Source of the DNA: a virus
Lineage: Duplodnaviria; Caudoviricetes
Length of the DNA stretch: 64,000 bases
IMG/VR virus record: IMGVR_UViG_3300021400_000379
Span: 35,639-99,638 of that record
Strand: one strand, 5' to 3'
The translations under genes were made by a program, and so were the position numbers. Below the pieces are notes generated by a model that made no database searches, was not told where the DNA came from, and worked only from the letters and a program-made list of their open reading frames with translations. Of this stretch, positions 17,731 to 28,827 are shown piece after piece (the stretch's first letter is position 1; the number at the start of each line of letters is the position of its first letter).

Positions 17731-20700
17731 CTCCGAGGAATTCTATAATTATTACTCCGTCTGCTCCAGCTCCACCAGGCGTGGTATATGTGCAAGCCCC
17801 ATAATCTAAGGCCTTGTGAACATAATTCACTGTATAATTCACAGTGTTAGTCACAACGCCTAGTGCCGCCTTCCATGTGTTTATATTGAACGCATTAATT
17901 ATGGCGCCCCCTGGGGAAAATGCATGCATCTGTTGTTCTATCGGTACTTTGACTACCTCCACCATTTCTTTGATGTTCAGGTCATAATCCTGCCACCTGA
18001 GCTTAGAGCATCCGCCTCCGCCGTACCTTGCGTTGCCTGCAGAGGAGGTTACAGTACATGTCGGGTCCTTGGTAGAGGTGGCTGTTTGACTTAAGATGCA
18101 CCCCCCGAGACTTCTGATGAGCTTCGCCTGAGCTTGCCTGCCGGAGAATTCTGCGTCGCCTGTCGCAGACCTGCCAGAAACGACCCAGATATTGGAGCTG
18201 GCCCGATAATGCCTATTAATGTTCGCCGCAGCTCCCCCAGAACTCGGATATACAACAGGATTGTTGTTCGGGTATGCCCCGTATCCCATACCTCCCCTGA
18301 TAGAGTCGGGATCAGCCTCGCCCGTAGAGCTGTTCTTCGATAATTCTCCATCTGTGGGGGACCCCTGGGACCCTTTGATGGCCTCTCCCGAGTCCCATCT
18401 GAGGTCCACATCCTTGCTGGTGGAGTTCTCCCCTCCGTTATAGGCTCCTGTACCTCTTTTATCTCTGCCACCGGCCTCTCCGCCTCCGGCACTGACGATT
18501 AATGCACTGCCATATCTGATTTCAGAGCTCTCACCATTGATTTCCGACGCTCCGCCCGCACCCAAGGTCAACGAGAATTCCCTGATACCCTCTTTGGAGA
18601 TATGCACGGTCCTGGCAACGGTAAATCCGCTTCCGCCGCCCCCGCCGACCATGAATGACGCGAGCTTGAACCTTATAATGTCATTCCCGCCAGTGATTTT
18701 CTCACCTGTGGCATAGCTGGAGCCGCCACCTCCGCCTCCGCCTACGGCGATACATTTAGCATATGCGTGGGTGTTTCCCTCCAATATCGTATTCCACAAG
18801 GTATCATGAGGGATTCTGACCTCGTAGGATCCGTTCACGGGGGCCTCGAAGACTACTACACCCAAGACCCGCCTGTATTTTATCGTGAACACCTGAGTGG
18901 AATCGATGTCTTGACCCTCCTCCTTGATGGTTTGCAGAGTAATCGGAAGCTCATCCCCGGGATAGGCATACCTTGTCACGGTCTTCTTCTCCATCACGGT
19001 AGACCCTTCCGACACGGGCGCACTCTCTTCTACGGTATATGCCCAGCATGCGGGCTCAGTACCCTCTTCTTGGAGCACGTCCTCAGGGAACTGGGGGGCG
19101 ATATAGACCCCATTGTAGGTTTCAAGCGTGATTCCTTTAACTTGTCCATCACGGTTGACATATCTGAATACGATCGACTGCTTCTTGATTGCGTTCCTTC
19201 CGCGCATGGATGCGACGGTAAACTGGAGGGTAAGTGTTACGCCTGCCCTGTTATATGGATACTGGAGCGGTGCAGAGAGGAACACGTTCTTATCGATCTT
19301 GGGGTACCCGTTATAGGATATGAGCGGGTCGAGGATGAGATTGTACCCTCCGCTCCTTTCCTCCTTGACGTCGTAGTTGGAATTCTGCCACTGGTCGAAG
19401 AAGGTCTTGACATATTTCACCCATTTGTTCGTCGACCAATCCGCGGGATTATGGCTCCTGTCATTAGGTTTGGCAGGTGGGGTGCGGGTGACGGTGATTA
19501 TGCATGTCTCCAAATTACCCAGATCTATGATATAGTTGAACTCCGAGGATTTTGTGAGCATCGGCGATTGATTCAGCTGCACCCTCACCTTTCTGCGGAC
19601 GTTGGTGATTGCCAGGTTAGGCTGGGTCTCCGTGGACAGGTATAACTTCTGCATATCCTCCTTGTGTTTCGTAGGATATTTGGTCACTACACACAGCGGG
19701 GCAAGGGGCAGTTCATCCAATATCTTCAGCAGGAGCACATTGTGCTTCTCCTTCGGACTCTCGCCTTGTACCGCCTCTGGGTATGTGACGAAATCCACCG
19801 CATAGAGTCCTTCATCAGCCCTTTCGGACACGAATGTTGCCCCGAATGTCTCCACCGACACATACTGAGTCGTAGCACCCTGCACTCTTGCCTCGAAGTG
19901 TTGGGTCTGTTTGCCCGTGGCCGCCAGCCATGACGCATATATCTCGTTGAATATCCAGTATCCGCTGGAATCCGTCACGAGCTTATACGTTCTGATCTCG
20001 GCAGGCTTCTGGGGGAGCCTCATATCCAGAGTATGCGCATATTTGTTAGATAATACAATCCAGTTTCCTGTATTGTCCATGTCCGAGCGGACCTGGGTAT
20101 AACTTGCGTCCAATATGCTGACTCCCTTGGTCTCGGTAAGGGATGGCGTGAGCAGGGTATAATCTGGGTTGGTCGGGTCCACATATATCCTGACTGTCTC
20201 TCCAGGAGTAAGTGTCAGGGTGACCTGTGTCTCACCAGATCCATTGATTGGTATCAACTCCGACGAAGGATCGGACGGGTTGCTGAACCTGTACATGAGT
20301 CCAGTAACGTAACCCACTCCCGCCTGGAATATCACTTTCGGGAACTGGGAGAAGGGAATCGTCACATCCAGCGACTCGCCGGGAATCACAAACGACTTGG
20401 CCCATAACGGATTCGCAATAGCCATCACATACAGCTCCACGGTCGCTTGGTTCCCGTAGGGGATCGCCAGGTCGGTGACATGAGAGATAACATTGTCCTG
20501 GGTATTGAACGCGATTGCTCTCACGGTGTCGGTAGTCTGGTCAATCCAACTGACCGCGGGAGTGATATCCAAGTACTCGTAGGTCTCATGGTCCTCGGTC
20601 TCCCACGCTACCGGGCCGATACAGCTATATTCTGTGCTGGCCCAAGCCCATTCAAGGTTCTTTGGAGACCATACCGCGTGTACAACGATTGCTCCAGCTC

Positions 20701-23700
20701 TAGCAGGAACGCTATACCCTACGACTTCACCCGCTTCCTCGGTCGGAACGATGCCCTCTCCCTCCCATGCGGACCATGTGCGGGTCTCCATCAGCGGGAC
20801 GATATTCGTCAATTGAATGGTCTGCCCCGTATAATCGGTATAATACCTGCGGAGATTCGCGGGAGTCGTACCCGTCGGCCAAACGCCCCCGTCCAAGTCG
20901 TAGACAAGGTCTGTGGTCCATGCCGCATATAGCGTCTTGCTCTCGGTAGCATTTGCGGCCAGTGTGACAGCGGACTCCAAAGCCCCGTTCTGGGTAAGAG
21001 TCCATCCTCCGTGTATATGCTGACTGTCTCCGCTGGCGGCTCTGTATCCGCCGAGTTGCCAAGTTCTATCCATCACGGTCTCGGTAGATCTCCTGATCCA
21101 ATTTATCCTAGCGGGAAGGATGACGTTGTTCCCCGCGGTGGCGTCGGTGTTCTCGAACGAGATGGTAGATAGTTTGAACTGTATCTGAGAAGATGGGACG
21201 ACTCCGCTGGAGGCGTTTATATTAATCGGCTTGAAGGTGAATGAATATGTGCCAGCGTCACATTCGCTGAAATCCAGTTCTACCGTAGATACATTGGAAT
21301 TACGGGTAATCCTGACGGGGACCGATCCCGTAGACGCCTGCGAATCGAGCACTATGGTCGGATTGGCCGCGTCCGTCGGGGTCGCAATATATCTGATGGT
21401 CACCTTGTCTGGGCCGATTTCCACTCCGCTTTCCGTAAGGGTCGTGACGAACTTACCCCAGGTGGCATAGAAAACCACCTGGCTATTCTCCTCAGGATAT
21501 GCACCCAACGCGTTGAGATATGTGCCGTAATAGTCTATTCCTGCGGAATATTCAGGAGTGCCGTCGATTGTCCTTGCAAATCCCATGAACGAGTTGTGTC
21601 CGCCATCCTCCAGGGCCACGATCTGTTCGCTGGTAGCGAAATCAGAGATGTCCAACACATTCGACTCGCCATAGGTCACAGGCATGATATAAGTCTCCGG
21701 CGCAGTGGCGTCGTTAGCACCTTTGTTGACCAGGAGTCTATATGTGGAATGCCTGCACTCCGCGAACAGACGGATGGTTGCGGAGCCTCCGGGTATAGAG
21801 CTCGCCTGGACTGTCGCGACCAATCCATCGTTCTCGGGGGTGTACACGATTGGTCCTGTGGAAAGATTAACTCCGTCTGGGTCATATGTCTGCCCAAGAT
21901 ATATCTTCGAGACATGCCACTTCGCTTGGGTCTCGGCAGACACATATTCCTGATCCGTCGGAATTCCGAGCTTGGACACGGCGTTAATGGTGATGGTGTT
22001 TCCGAAGTCCGCTACCCAAGGTCCGAAATATCTAGGCTTGTAATTGTCCTCAGGGATTCCGTAGTACAGCATCAGCGTATACTGCGTGGTCCAGTCTGCG
22101 ACATATTTAGGTGTGGCCGTTGTAGCTGCGAATGTATTGAATGCCACAGGGGTCTCTGCACGGCCACCTGCGTCAATCTCATGCGCAGGAGTATCAATGT
22201 CATCCCATCCGTTGAATACTCCTCCTCCCGTAGGCGTGAGGGTAGTCAGCGAGTACCTGACCTCGAAGGTGTATCCAGTCATGGCGGTACCGCTCATCGA
22301 AGGTACGAACCAATAATCCGCGGAGGGGGTCTGGCTCGGAGTAGTGTTATCGACACGAGAGTAATCTCCCGCATCTATCGGGCCCACCACGGTCTTGACC
22401 GGTTCTCCATCCTCTACGAATACCACATTTTGGACAGATGATGTGTAGGAGGTGTAGTAGGATACTTCTACCGTGAACTTGGGAGAATATATACTGTAGA
22501 CTGTTCCAGAGACCGTGGTCGTCAGCGTGACTTTATCCTTGGAATATGCCTGCACCTCCAGATTAGACGCGCTCCACCCTCTGAAGGTGTATCCCTCTGT
22601 CGGACGGATGGCGTTCAGCATAGAGGTCAGAGCGACGGGTGACTGTCCCGCAGTGGTGCAGGTCCATACTCCCCCGACCTTCTCTATCGTCCAGATAGTC
22701 CCAGAATTTTGAATGGTCCAAGTGATTCCTGTGTCAGCTTCATGCTTCCTGGGCAGGGCGGAGGGGGCGATGTACGCGCCATTCTCCCTGATCGTCGCCT
22801 CGAAAGCTCCTACCAGAGTCTTCTTCATGGACATCGTGCATCCCTGTGCGATCAGGAAGGAGATCGTACGGGTGTACATCCTCTCCCTCTCTACTGTCAG
22901 AACGATCTTCTGTCCGGGTTTGACCGCGATTGTAGTGTAAGTCCCTGTTGCAGAATAGATAACGGAGCTCCCGCTAATGACCCAGCCGTCGAAATACCAG
23001 CCGTCCACCTGCGTACTGCGCCCGCTCTCGTCCACATATGTGCCCGCTTCCAATACAGGTACATTGCTGATGATCTGGTGTTGCATGTTGCTGCCGATAT
23101 ACCCTGTGAGAGTTATCGTCGTCTCCTCGGGTGTGTCATTGGGTGCCCAGCTCTCTCCTCCTCCGTTGCGGTTGGGATCCAATACATATGAGACTGTGCC
23201 CTGTCCCTTCCAGACCGCGTAATAGATATAGTCTGCCCCAATGTCTACGGATGAGCCAGCAGCATGGATTACGCCCGTATCATCGATTGTAGGGCCGTAT
23301 CCGATGAAGTTTCCGTTCTCGAACAAAGCCGCCGTAGTCCAGCCGTGATAGGTGTATTGAAGCCCGTCTTTGGTCCAGCCCGGAATTGCGGCTGGCGCTG
23401 TTCCAGAGAGGTGTGTCGTAGCTTTCACCGTTGAATACGCCGTCCAAGCGGGAGACCATACGGTCACGGTGGAGAATGTGCTGGAATTCTCTCCAGCGGG
23501 GCGACGATCGTCATAGAACTTAGAGTCGTATCTACGCTTATATTGTTCCGAACGGACATACTGGAGGTCCAATACCGTGTTTGCAGTGAATGTATACTGG
23601 GTGCCAAAGGAATATTCCGTAGACCCGCCTTGCACTTTGTATTTATTCGGCGTGAGTGTGGTCTTGGCCTGGGCGGTGAACGCATCCTCTGTGGCGTATG

Positions 23701-25846
23701 CGACGCTTGTCTTGACGATCTCGGTATATCCGCTGGAGGGGATGGTATAGTGCCATTGGACCCTGTGCGTCAAGCCCACGGTAGTTGAGGTATATCCGCC
23801 TACGGATAGGGTCTCGGATTCTGTCGCATGATGTGCGGGGACGATGGTAACGGCATCTGGGTCATACGCTCTGAGCGTGAGTGTGACCTTTAAGAACGGT
23901 ACCGCATACAAAGTCAGGTTCTGCATATCCGTGATGTTCAGTATCGTCCTCTTCCCGGACTCATATGCGAACGCCCAGTATTTCGCGGTATCCTCCGCGT
24001 CTATGGTATAGCTGGTCTCAGTACCAACGGTCGTACCCTGTGTCCAAGTAGGGATTGTGGTCCTGGAGGTTTGGGTTGCAGAGAGGTGCCACCCCTCATA
24101 GGTGTCTGTCGAGGTATCTGCTGGGTCATATGCAGAGACCCATTCGATTATCCAGTCATTCGCGTCTCCAAACCCGCTTACCGTGTCCTTATATGCGTTG
24201 CTGGCGGTATCATTCTTCTTCTTATACAGTGTCAGGGTGTGCGGGACGAGTGTATACGTTGCGGTCGCAGTAACACTCTGCGCGGGCATAGTGTTATTAG
24301 AAGAAGTCCAAGTATAAGTGTGACCGTAGGCGTATGCTACCGTATGATTCGGATCCATTCCCGCGCTGGCAATGTTTGTGGATATATTGGACCCGTAGGG
24401 GAATTTCTTGGTCTTGGATCCGGACACATTCACGCGCCTATAGACCTTTGTCACGTCCAACGACCATTGTATGGTAAGATCATACCAATCCAGCCTGTAT
24501 TTGGCATAAAGTGTGATGTTTCCGTATGCTCCGCCTGTCGCCGTCGAGATCTGTGCCAAGGTTATAGTGAACGACGCGGGTTTTGAGGAATCCGACTCCC
24601 CGGACGCAGTATCATCCGATACCTGTGTGAAGCCCCACCCTGTACATGTATATCCCGTGCGCCCCGTTGCTGCATAAATAGTCAAACTAGCGGTCTCTAC
24701 AGTATAGTACGTCGGATTTCCAGTAGATGCTGTACCTTGCCCCGCATTGTATGTAATCGTATACTTATGCGGAGTCCAGTAAGCATATAGCGTGAGATTT
24801 TGATGTTCTGACGCAGGGGTGATTGTGGTGACTTTATTAGCGAAGCTATCCTCCCGATACCATCCCTGGAAATCATAATGAGCCCTCCGTGTGGCTGCTT
24901 GTGTCTCAAGATCGATCTGGGAGGATTCTACCGTGTACGTTATTGGTGATACCGCAGAACCACTGTTGGTCTGGAAGGTGATTGTATATGTTATAGGGGT
25001 CCATTTCGCCCAAATCTCTACGTCACCTATTGACCCCGCAGGAATTCCTGTTATCTGGGTCGTACCTTGTGCGTCGGTGTACCACCCCGAGAAGTTGTAA
25101 TAACTTCTCGAAGGGTCGGCAAAGGTGATTGCACTGGACTCAACCGTATACTTTAACGGATTCGCTATCGCGTTGATCCCAGGAGAGACATGGTATGTGA
25201 TGGTGTATTCAATCACACCCCATTTCGCGTATAATGTCAGATTACGGGCGGTCTCCGAGGGAGTGATCGCAGTCAATGGGTCTCCCGAATACTCCGCATT
25301 GTCATACCATCCCGCAAAGGTGTACCCCCTCCTTGTGGATATTGCACTGGTTGCAAGATCAATCTGGGAGGATTCTACCGTGTACGTTATTGGTGATACC
25401 GCAGATCCGTTCACGGTATCGAACGATAGAGTATATTGTATCGGTGTCCAGGTCGCGGTAAGGGTCATTCCCGTTTCCGAGACTGTATCCTCGGAAGCTT
25501 GCCACGCCAGAGAATATCCTGTCTTAGTTACGGTCTGGGCAAAGTCGGCCAACACGTCTGCTTTGGCCATTCCAAGCGGAAAATCTTTGGTATATCCTCC
25601 TTGTATAGGGGTCCATCCTGCGGGAGCGGAGGGCACCGTCCCCCCACTGAGAAGTACTCTGGCAAATCCCGCGCCGGTTACAGTGTATTGGTCGGGAACA
25701 AGTACAAGCGAATAACTCTCGCGCTCCGTAGTATTCGGAATATACAATAATTCCTCTACTGGGGAGAAGACGAGTGAGTAACTGGTACGCTCAGTGGTAT
25801 TCGGGAGCGAATCCCCCGCGTTAATATATTCTGTCAGTATCTCCAC
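17711..25846 (-). CDS. Giant adhesin-like tail protein (Listeria-Bacteroides/InlB B-repeats, tail domain, Gly-rich C-terminus)
   Basis: Repeats ending RRGYTFAGWY...LTLYAKW; C-terminal domain similar to the N-domain of the hub gene; IAVGGGGGGG Gly-rich domain. Confidence 0.85.
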   Translation of the reverse strand: MEILTEYINAGDSLPNTTERTSYSLVFSPVEELLYIPNTTERESYSLVLVPDQYTVTGAGFARVLLSGGTVPSAPAGWTPIQGGYTKDFPLGMAKADVLADFAQTVTKTGYSLAWQASEDTVSETGMTLTATWTPIQYTLSFDTVNGSAVSPITYTVESSQIDLATSAISTRRGYTFAGWYDNAEYSGDPLTAITPSETARNLTLYAKWGVIEYTITYHVSPGINAIANPLKYTVESSAITFADPSRSYYNFSGWYTDAQGTTQITGIPAGSIGDVEIWAKWTPITYTITFQTNSGSAVSPITYTVESSQIDLETQAATRRAHYDFQGWYREDSFANKVTTITPASEHQNLTLYAYWTPHKYTITYNAGQGTASTGNPTYYTVETASLTIYAATGRTGYTCTGWGFTQVSDDTASGESDSSKPASFTITLAQISTATGGAYGNITLYAKYRLDWYDLTIQWSLDVTKVYRRVNVSGSKTKKFPYGSNISTNIASAGMDPNHTVAYAYGHTYTWTSSNNTMPAQSVTATATYTLVPHTLTLYKKKNDTASNAYKDTVSGFGDANDWIIEWVSAYDPADTSTDTYEGWHLSATQTSRTTIPTWTQGTTVGTETSYTIDAEDTAKYWAFAYESGKRTILNITDMQNLTLYAVPFLKVTLTLRAYDPDAVTIVPAHHATESETLSVGGYTSTTVGLTHRVQWHYTIPSSGYTEIVKTSVAYATEDAFTAQAKTTLTPNKYKVQGGSTEYSFGTQYTFTANTVLDLQYVRSEQYKRRYDSKFYDDRRPAGENSSTFSTVTVWSPAWTAYSTVKATTHLSGTAPAAIPGWTKDGLQYTYHGWTTAALFENGNFIGYGPTIDDTGVIHAAGSSVDIGADYIYYAVWKGQGTVSYVLDPNRNGGGESWAPNDTPEETTITLTGYIGSNMQHQIISNVPVLEAGTYVDESGRSTQVDGWYFDGWVISGSSVIYSATGTYTTIAVKPGQKIVLTVERERMYTRTISFLIAQGCTMSMKKTLVGAFEATIRENGAYIAPSALPRKHEADTGITWTIQNSGTIWTIEKVGGVWTCTTAGQSPVALTSMLNAIRPTEGYTFRGWSASNLEVQAYSKDKVTLTTTVSGTVYSIYSPKFTVEVSYYTSYTSSVQNVVFVEDGEPVKTVVGPIDAGDYSRVDNTTPSQTPSADYWFVPSMSGTAMTGYTFEVRYSLTTLTPTGGGVFNGWDDIDTPAHEIDAGGRAETPVAFNTFAATTATPKYVADWTTQYTLMLYYGIPEDNYKPRYFGPWVADFGNTITINAVSKLGIPTDQEYVSAETQAKWHVSKIYLGQTYDPDGVNLSTGPIVYTPENDGLVATVQASSIPGGSATIRLFAECRHSTYRLLVNKGANDATAPETYIMPVTYGESNVLDISDFATSEQIVALEDGGHNSFMGFARTIDGTPEYSAGIDYYGTYLNALGAYPEENSQVVFYATWGKFVTTLTESGVEIGPDKVTIRYIATPTDAANPTIVLDSQASTGSVPVRITRNSNVSTVELDFSECDAGTYSFTFKPININASSGVVPSSQIQFKLSTISFENTDATAGNNVILPARINWIRRSTETVMDRTWQLGGYRAASGDSQHIHGGWTLTQNGALESAVTLAANATESKTLYAAWTTDLVYDLDGGVWPTGTTPANLRRYYTDYTGQTIQLTNIVPLMETRTWSAWEGEGIVPTEEAGEVVGYSVPARAGAIVVHAVWSPKNLEWAWASTEYSCIGPVAWETEDHETYEYLDITPAVSWIDQTTDTVRAIAFNTQDNVISHVTDLAIPYGNQATVELYVMAIANPLWAKSFVIPGESLDVTIPFSQFPKVIFQAGVGYVTGLMYRFSNPSDPSSELIPINGSGETQVTLTLTPGETVRIYVDPTNPDYTLLTPSLTETKGVSILDASYTQVRSDMDNTGNWIVLSNKYAHTLDMRLPQKPAEIRTYKLVTDSSGYWIFNEIYASWLAATGKQTQHFEARVQGATTQYVSVETFGATFVSERADEGLYAVDFVTYPEAVQGESPKEKHNVLLLKILDELPLAPLCVVTKYPTKHKEDMQKLYLSTETQPNLAITNVRRKVRVQLNQSPMLTKSSEFNYIIDLGNLETCIITVTRTPPAKPNDRSHNPADWSTNKWVKYVKTFFDQWQNSNYDVKEERSGGYNLILDPLISYNGYPKIDKNVFLSAPLQYPYNRAGVTLTLQFTVASMRGRNAIKKQSIVFRYVNRDGQVKGITLETYNGVYIAPQFPEDVLQEEGTEPACWAYTVEESAPVSEGSTVMEKKTVTRYAYPGDELPITLQTIKEEGQDIDSTQVFTIKYRRVLGVVVFEAPVNGSYEVRIPHDTLWNTILEGNTHAYAKCIAVGGGGGGGSSYATGEKITGGNDIIRFKLASFMVGGGGGSGFTVARTVHISKEGIREFSLTLGAGGASEINGESSEIRYGSALIVSAGGGEAGGRDKRGTGAYNGGENSTSKDVDLRWDSGEAIKGSQGSPTDGELSKNSSTGEADPDSIRGGMGYGAYPNNNPVVYPSSGGAAANINRHYRASSNIWVVSGRSATGDAEFSGRQAQAKLIRSLGGCILSQTATSTKDPTCTVTSSAGNARYGGGGCSKLRWQDYDLNIKEMVEVVKVPIEQQMHAFSPGGAIINAFNINTWKAALGVVTNTVNYTVNYVHKALDYGACTYTTPGGAGADGVIIIEFLGDVINNG
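24907..25405. repeat. 52-bp direct repeat (24907-24958 and 25354-25405, one mismatch)
   Basis: Both copies encode SAVSPITYTVESSQIDL; spacing 447 bp. Confidence 0.9.
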
Positions 25847-27588
25847 CTCTGGATAGTATATAAGTATGTACGGGGCCCAATCTCGGTCTGAACCTCTTTA
25901 GAATACTGTATCTCGGGCACCGCGATGGACTCACCGGGCTGGACAGTATATGTCCTCAGAATGTTGCCGTCTACGTCCTGGAGCTGTACTTGAAGGTCAT
26001 CCTGGACCAGCGTGGTCGCATAATATGCAACTTGTCCATAAGATGTTGCACCTTTTGTGAACACCAAGGAAGATTGATTATACACTGTAGTGAGCGAAGT
26101 GCAACCGCGGAACGCATACATTTCGATAGAGGTGACCGTGGATGGAATAGTGATTGTTGTGAGTGAAGTGCATTCGTAGAACGCTTCGTTTCTGATGATT
26201 TTTACCGAGTTGGGAATGGTGATGGAGGTCAGCGAGGCGCATTTGCGGAACGCAGCGGATCCGATGTCCGTGACCGAGTCGGGGATGATGTATAAGGCGT
26301 TATTCTTCCCCACAGGGTATAGGATCAATGTTGTCTTGGCCTTGCTGAACAGTACTCCCTCCTCAGAGGAATATGTGGTATTGGATTCTGCAACGGTAGT
26401 CGATTCCAGAGAAGTGCATCCGTAGAACGCTTGGACCCCCATGTACGTCATCGAGTTACCTATAGTCACAGATGCGAGCGATGTACAGTAGTAGAATGCT
26501 TGGATTCCGATTGACGTGACTGAGTCGGGGATGGCGACCGAGGTCAGTGAGGTACAATTCCTAAACGCATAGGGTCCGATGGTCGTGACCAAGTTGGGAA
26601 TGGTGATGGAGGTCAGCGAGGCGCAATAGGAAAACGCACTACTTCCGATGGTCGTTACCGAGTCGGGGATGGTGACGGATGTGAGGGAGGTGCAACCGTA
26701 GAACGTACCAGGTTCAATGGACGTGACCGAATCGGGGATAGTGACGGATGTGAGGGAGGTGCAGCCGTTGAAAGCATTTGTTCCGATAGATATGACCGAG
26801 TTGGGGATGGTGATGGAGGTCAGCGAGGTGTATATGTAGAACGCACGCGTATATATCTCATAGTTCCCTCCGTTGATAGTCTCCGGCAGGATCACGGATG
26901 ATTCGTTCCCGATGTACTTGATGAGATAATTCGTCCCTGCACTTCTCCCGTAGACGAACTTTCCGTTGAGGACCCCCACAGTGGCATCATCGACCGAGGT
27001 GAACACGTTCATCGCATGATACGCGACAGATCCGTTATCCGAGGAACCTTTCGTGACGGTAAGACCGCTGAGATTGATAACTTCAAAGAGCGAAATGCAA
27101 CCGGTGAACGCGTAGGTTTCGATGGTCGTGACTGAGTTGGGGATGGTGATGGAAGTCAGTGAGGTACAATCGTGGAACGCCCAGCCTCCAATGGATGTTA
27201 TCCCTGGGTTACCTCCGGATGTATCACTATTAAAGTGTACTGCGGAAATCTGAGTTTTATAATCAATCCATGGCGGATCACTTGCATTAGGCCAATTCGT
27301 CATCGCGCCGTACCCACTGATTGTGAGTACTCCCTGATCGTCCAAGTCCCAGGTCAAATTATCTCCGCATGTTCCGTTCGCGACTGAAGTCATGTTATTA
27401 TCCTCTTGGGTATCTATTGCTGGCTCGGGCGGTACAGGGTTCGGAACCACCACCTCTGGCTCGGGCTCAACATAGGGCCCTGTCTCGACATATGGGTCAG
27501 ACCCAGCCAGTATTTCGTATCCTACTATTCCGCCCGCGGCTATTGCGCAGACTGCGATAATCCCTATTATCGCGTGGATACTGTTCAT
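25834..27588 (-). CDS. BspA-like leucine-rich-repeat (LRR_5) surface protein with N-terminal membrane anchor
   Basis: Repeated CTSLTSITIPxSVTxIGxxAF; GTCGDNLTWxL cap; hydrophobic N-terminus. Confidence 0.92.
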   Translation of the reverse strand: MNSIHAIIGIIAVCAIAAGGIVGYEILAGSDPYVETGPYVEPEPEVVVPNPVPPEPAIDTQEDNNMTSVANGTCGDNLTWDLDDQGVLTISGYGAMTNWPNASDPPWIDYKTQISAVHFNSDTSGGNPGITSIGGWAFHDCTSLTSITIPNSVTTIETYAFTGCISLFEVINLSGLTVTKGSSDNGSVAYHAMNVFTSVDDATVGVLNGKFVYGRSAGTNYLIKYIGNESSVILPETINGGNYEIYTRAFYIYTSLTSITIPNSVISIGTNAFNGCTSLTSVTIPDSVTSIEPGTFYGCTSLTSVTIPDSVTTIGSSAFSYCASLTSITIPNLVTTIGPYAFRNCTSLTSVAIPDSVTSIGIQAFYYCTSLASVTIGNSMTYMGVQAFYGCTSLESTTVAESNTTYSSEEGVLFSKAKTTLILYPVGKNNALYIIPDSVTDIGSAAFRKCASLTSITIPNSVKIIRNEAFYECTSLTTITIPSTVTSIEMYAFRGCTSLTTVYNQSSLVFTKGATSYGQVAYYATTLVQDDLQVQLQDVDGNILRTYTVQPGESIAVPEIQYSKEVQTEIGPRTYLYTIQRWRY

Positions 27589-27624
27589 GCGTCTGTATCT
27601 GTATCCCTAAATAAATAACCGCGG

Positions 27625-28827
27625 TCAAGATACGTATGTTTCGCTGAGCATAAGGTGGCCCGGCGCATTACAAACGATCCTGTCAGTACTTGGATCCTGA
27701 TAGATCATGACGTACTCCTCTGGGTGAGTAAGGTCCTCGACCTTGATATTGAGCTCGCCTCTCACATTCTGGGACAAGTCATATCTATACGGTACCAAGT
27801 TCTCTACCACTATCGAAATGGACGTACAATCGACACTATCCAGTTTATCCACTAAAACGGTGCTGTCCGCGTCCCAGCCCATGGACCTTACAACAACATC
27901 TGTGACCTTGAACTGGATATTCGATAAGTTCCTATGTATCTGCTCATCCTCGGTACTGGCACTAGACCTCATGGTAAGCTCTGGCAGGGGCAGGGACATC
28001 TCGTTATAAGATGAGTTCCCATACTGGTAGCCCCCCGTGAAAACTCTCTGCCTGAAGGTCTTCGAATCCTTTGCGAATACCGTACACGAGAACGTATTGC
28101 TTGACTCCTCTTCCGTATATGTCCTCGCTACAGCCAGTAATATGCCATGTTTGAGCACGACCGTGTTCTTCATCTGTACCGATAGTGCCAGCACATCGGA
28201 AATCGGCTCATCCCCGATATACAGGCAGGAATATTGGACAGGATTAGGAATCCGCTTCCGATAGTCCGTCCCGTTCAGGATGCCTGTGACCAGCCCCGCA
28301 GAAATACCCAGCTTCTGGTCGGCGAACACCCCGCTCAGATGTACCATCGCCTGCGAGGTCCCGCTCTGTATAGAGACTTTGCATGCCGTTACAAGACAGC
28401 CGTATATCTCGTCGATCAGGTCTTCGTCCGCGCCCACGGGCCGATACATGGTTTTGCGCCTCACACAGAATGACGGGGTCACGCCTCCATCCGTACGCTT
28501 GAATATGTGCCTACCATATGTCGCATGGTCATTCCCATCTGCCACAGGTACGAAGGTGTATGAGTCATACACGAACATGAATATCTCCATGTAATCATAA
28601 TCCAGCGGGAACTGCATGGACCAAGACCCAGAGACCTTTCCGTAATTCATCTCCGTCCAAGTCCTAGCAGATACCGGACGGAGTTTAGTACCCTCTCTGG
28701 TATATGTGCTGGAGAATTTCGCCCCGGGGGGAGGCTCATACCAATATCCAAACATATCGGTAACATCCTGTCCCCCTCCGTATTCAAGTTCTCTGGCGAA
28801 TACGAACGATTGTCTCCAGTCGCTCAT
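27625..28827 (-). CDS. Tail-tube-like protein (paralogue of the major tail protein)
   Basis: Colinear similarity to 30564-32039 (EIYG/EVYG, TFRQRVFTGG/TFRDRVFTGG). Confidence 0.65.
   Translation of the reverse strand: MSDWRQSFVFARELEYGGGQDVTDMFGYWYEPPPGAKFSSTYTREGTKLRPVSARTWTEMNYGKVSGSWSMQFPLDYDYMEIFMFVYDSYTFVPVADGNDHATYGRHIFKRTDGGVTPSFCVRRKTMYRPVGADEDLIDEIYGCLVTACKVSIQSGTSQAMVHLSGVFADQKLGISAGLVTGILNGTDYRKRIPNPVQYSCLYIGDEPISDVLALSVQMKNTVVLKHGILLAVARTYTEEESSNTFSCTVFAKDSKTFRQRVFTGGYQYGNSSYNEMSLPLPELTMRSSASTEDEQIHRNLSNIQFKVTDVVVRSMGWDADSTVLVDKLDSVDCTSISIVVENLVPYRYDLSQNVRGELNIKVEDLTHPEEYVMIYQDPSTDRIVCNAPGHLMLSETYVS

Noticed and set aside
26090-27180. CRISPR array or DGR template/variable repeats
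   Set aside because: The repeats are in-frame 69-bp LRR codon repeats; no reverse transcriptase, adenine-specific mismatch pattern or spacer structure is in the window.
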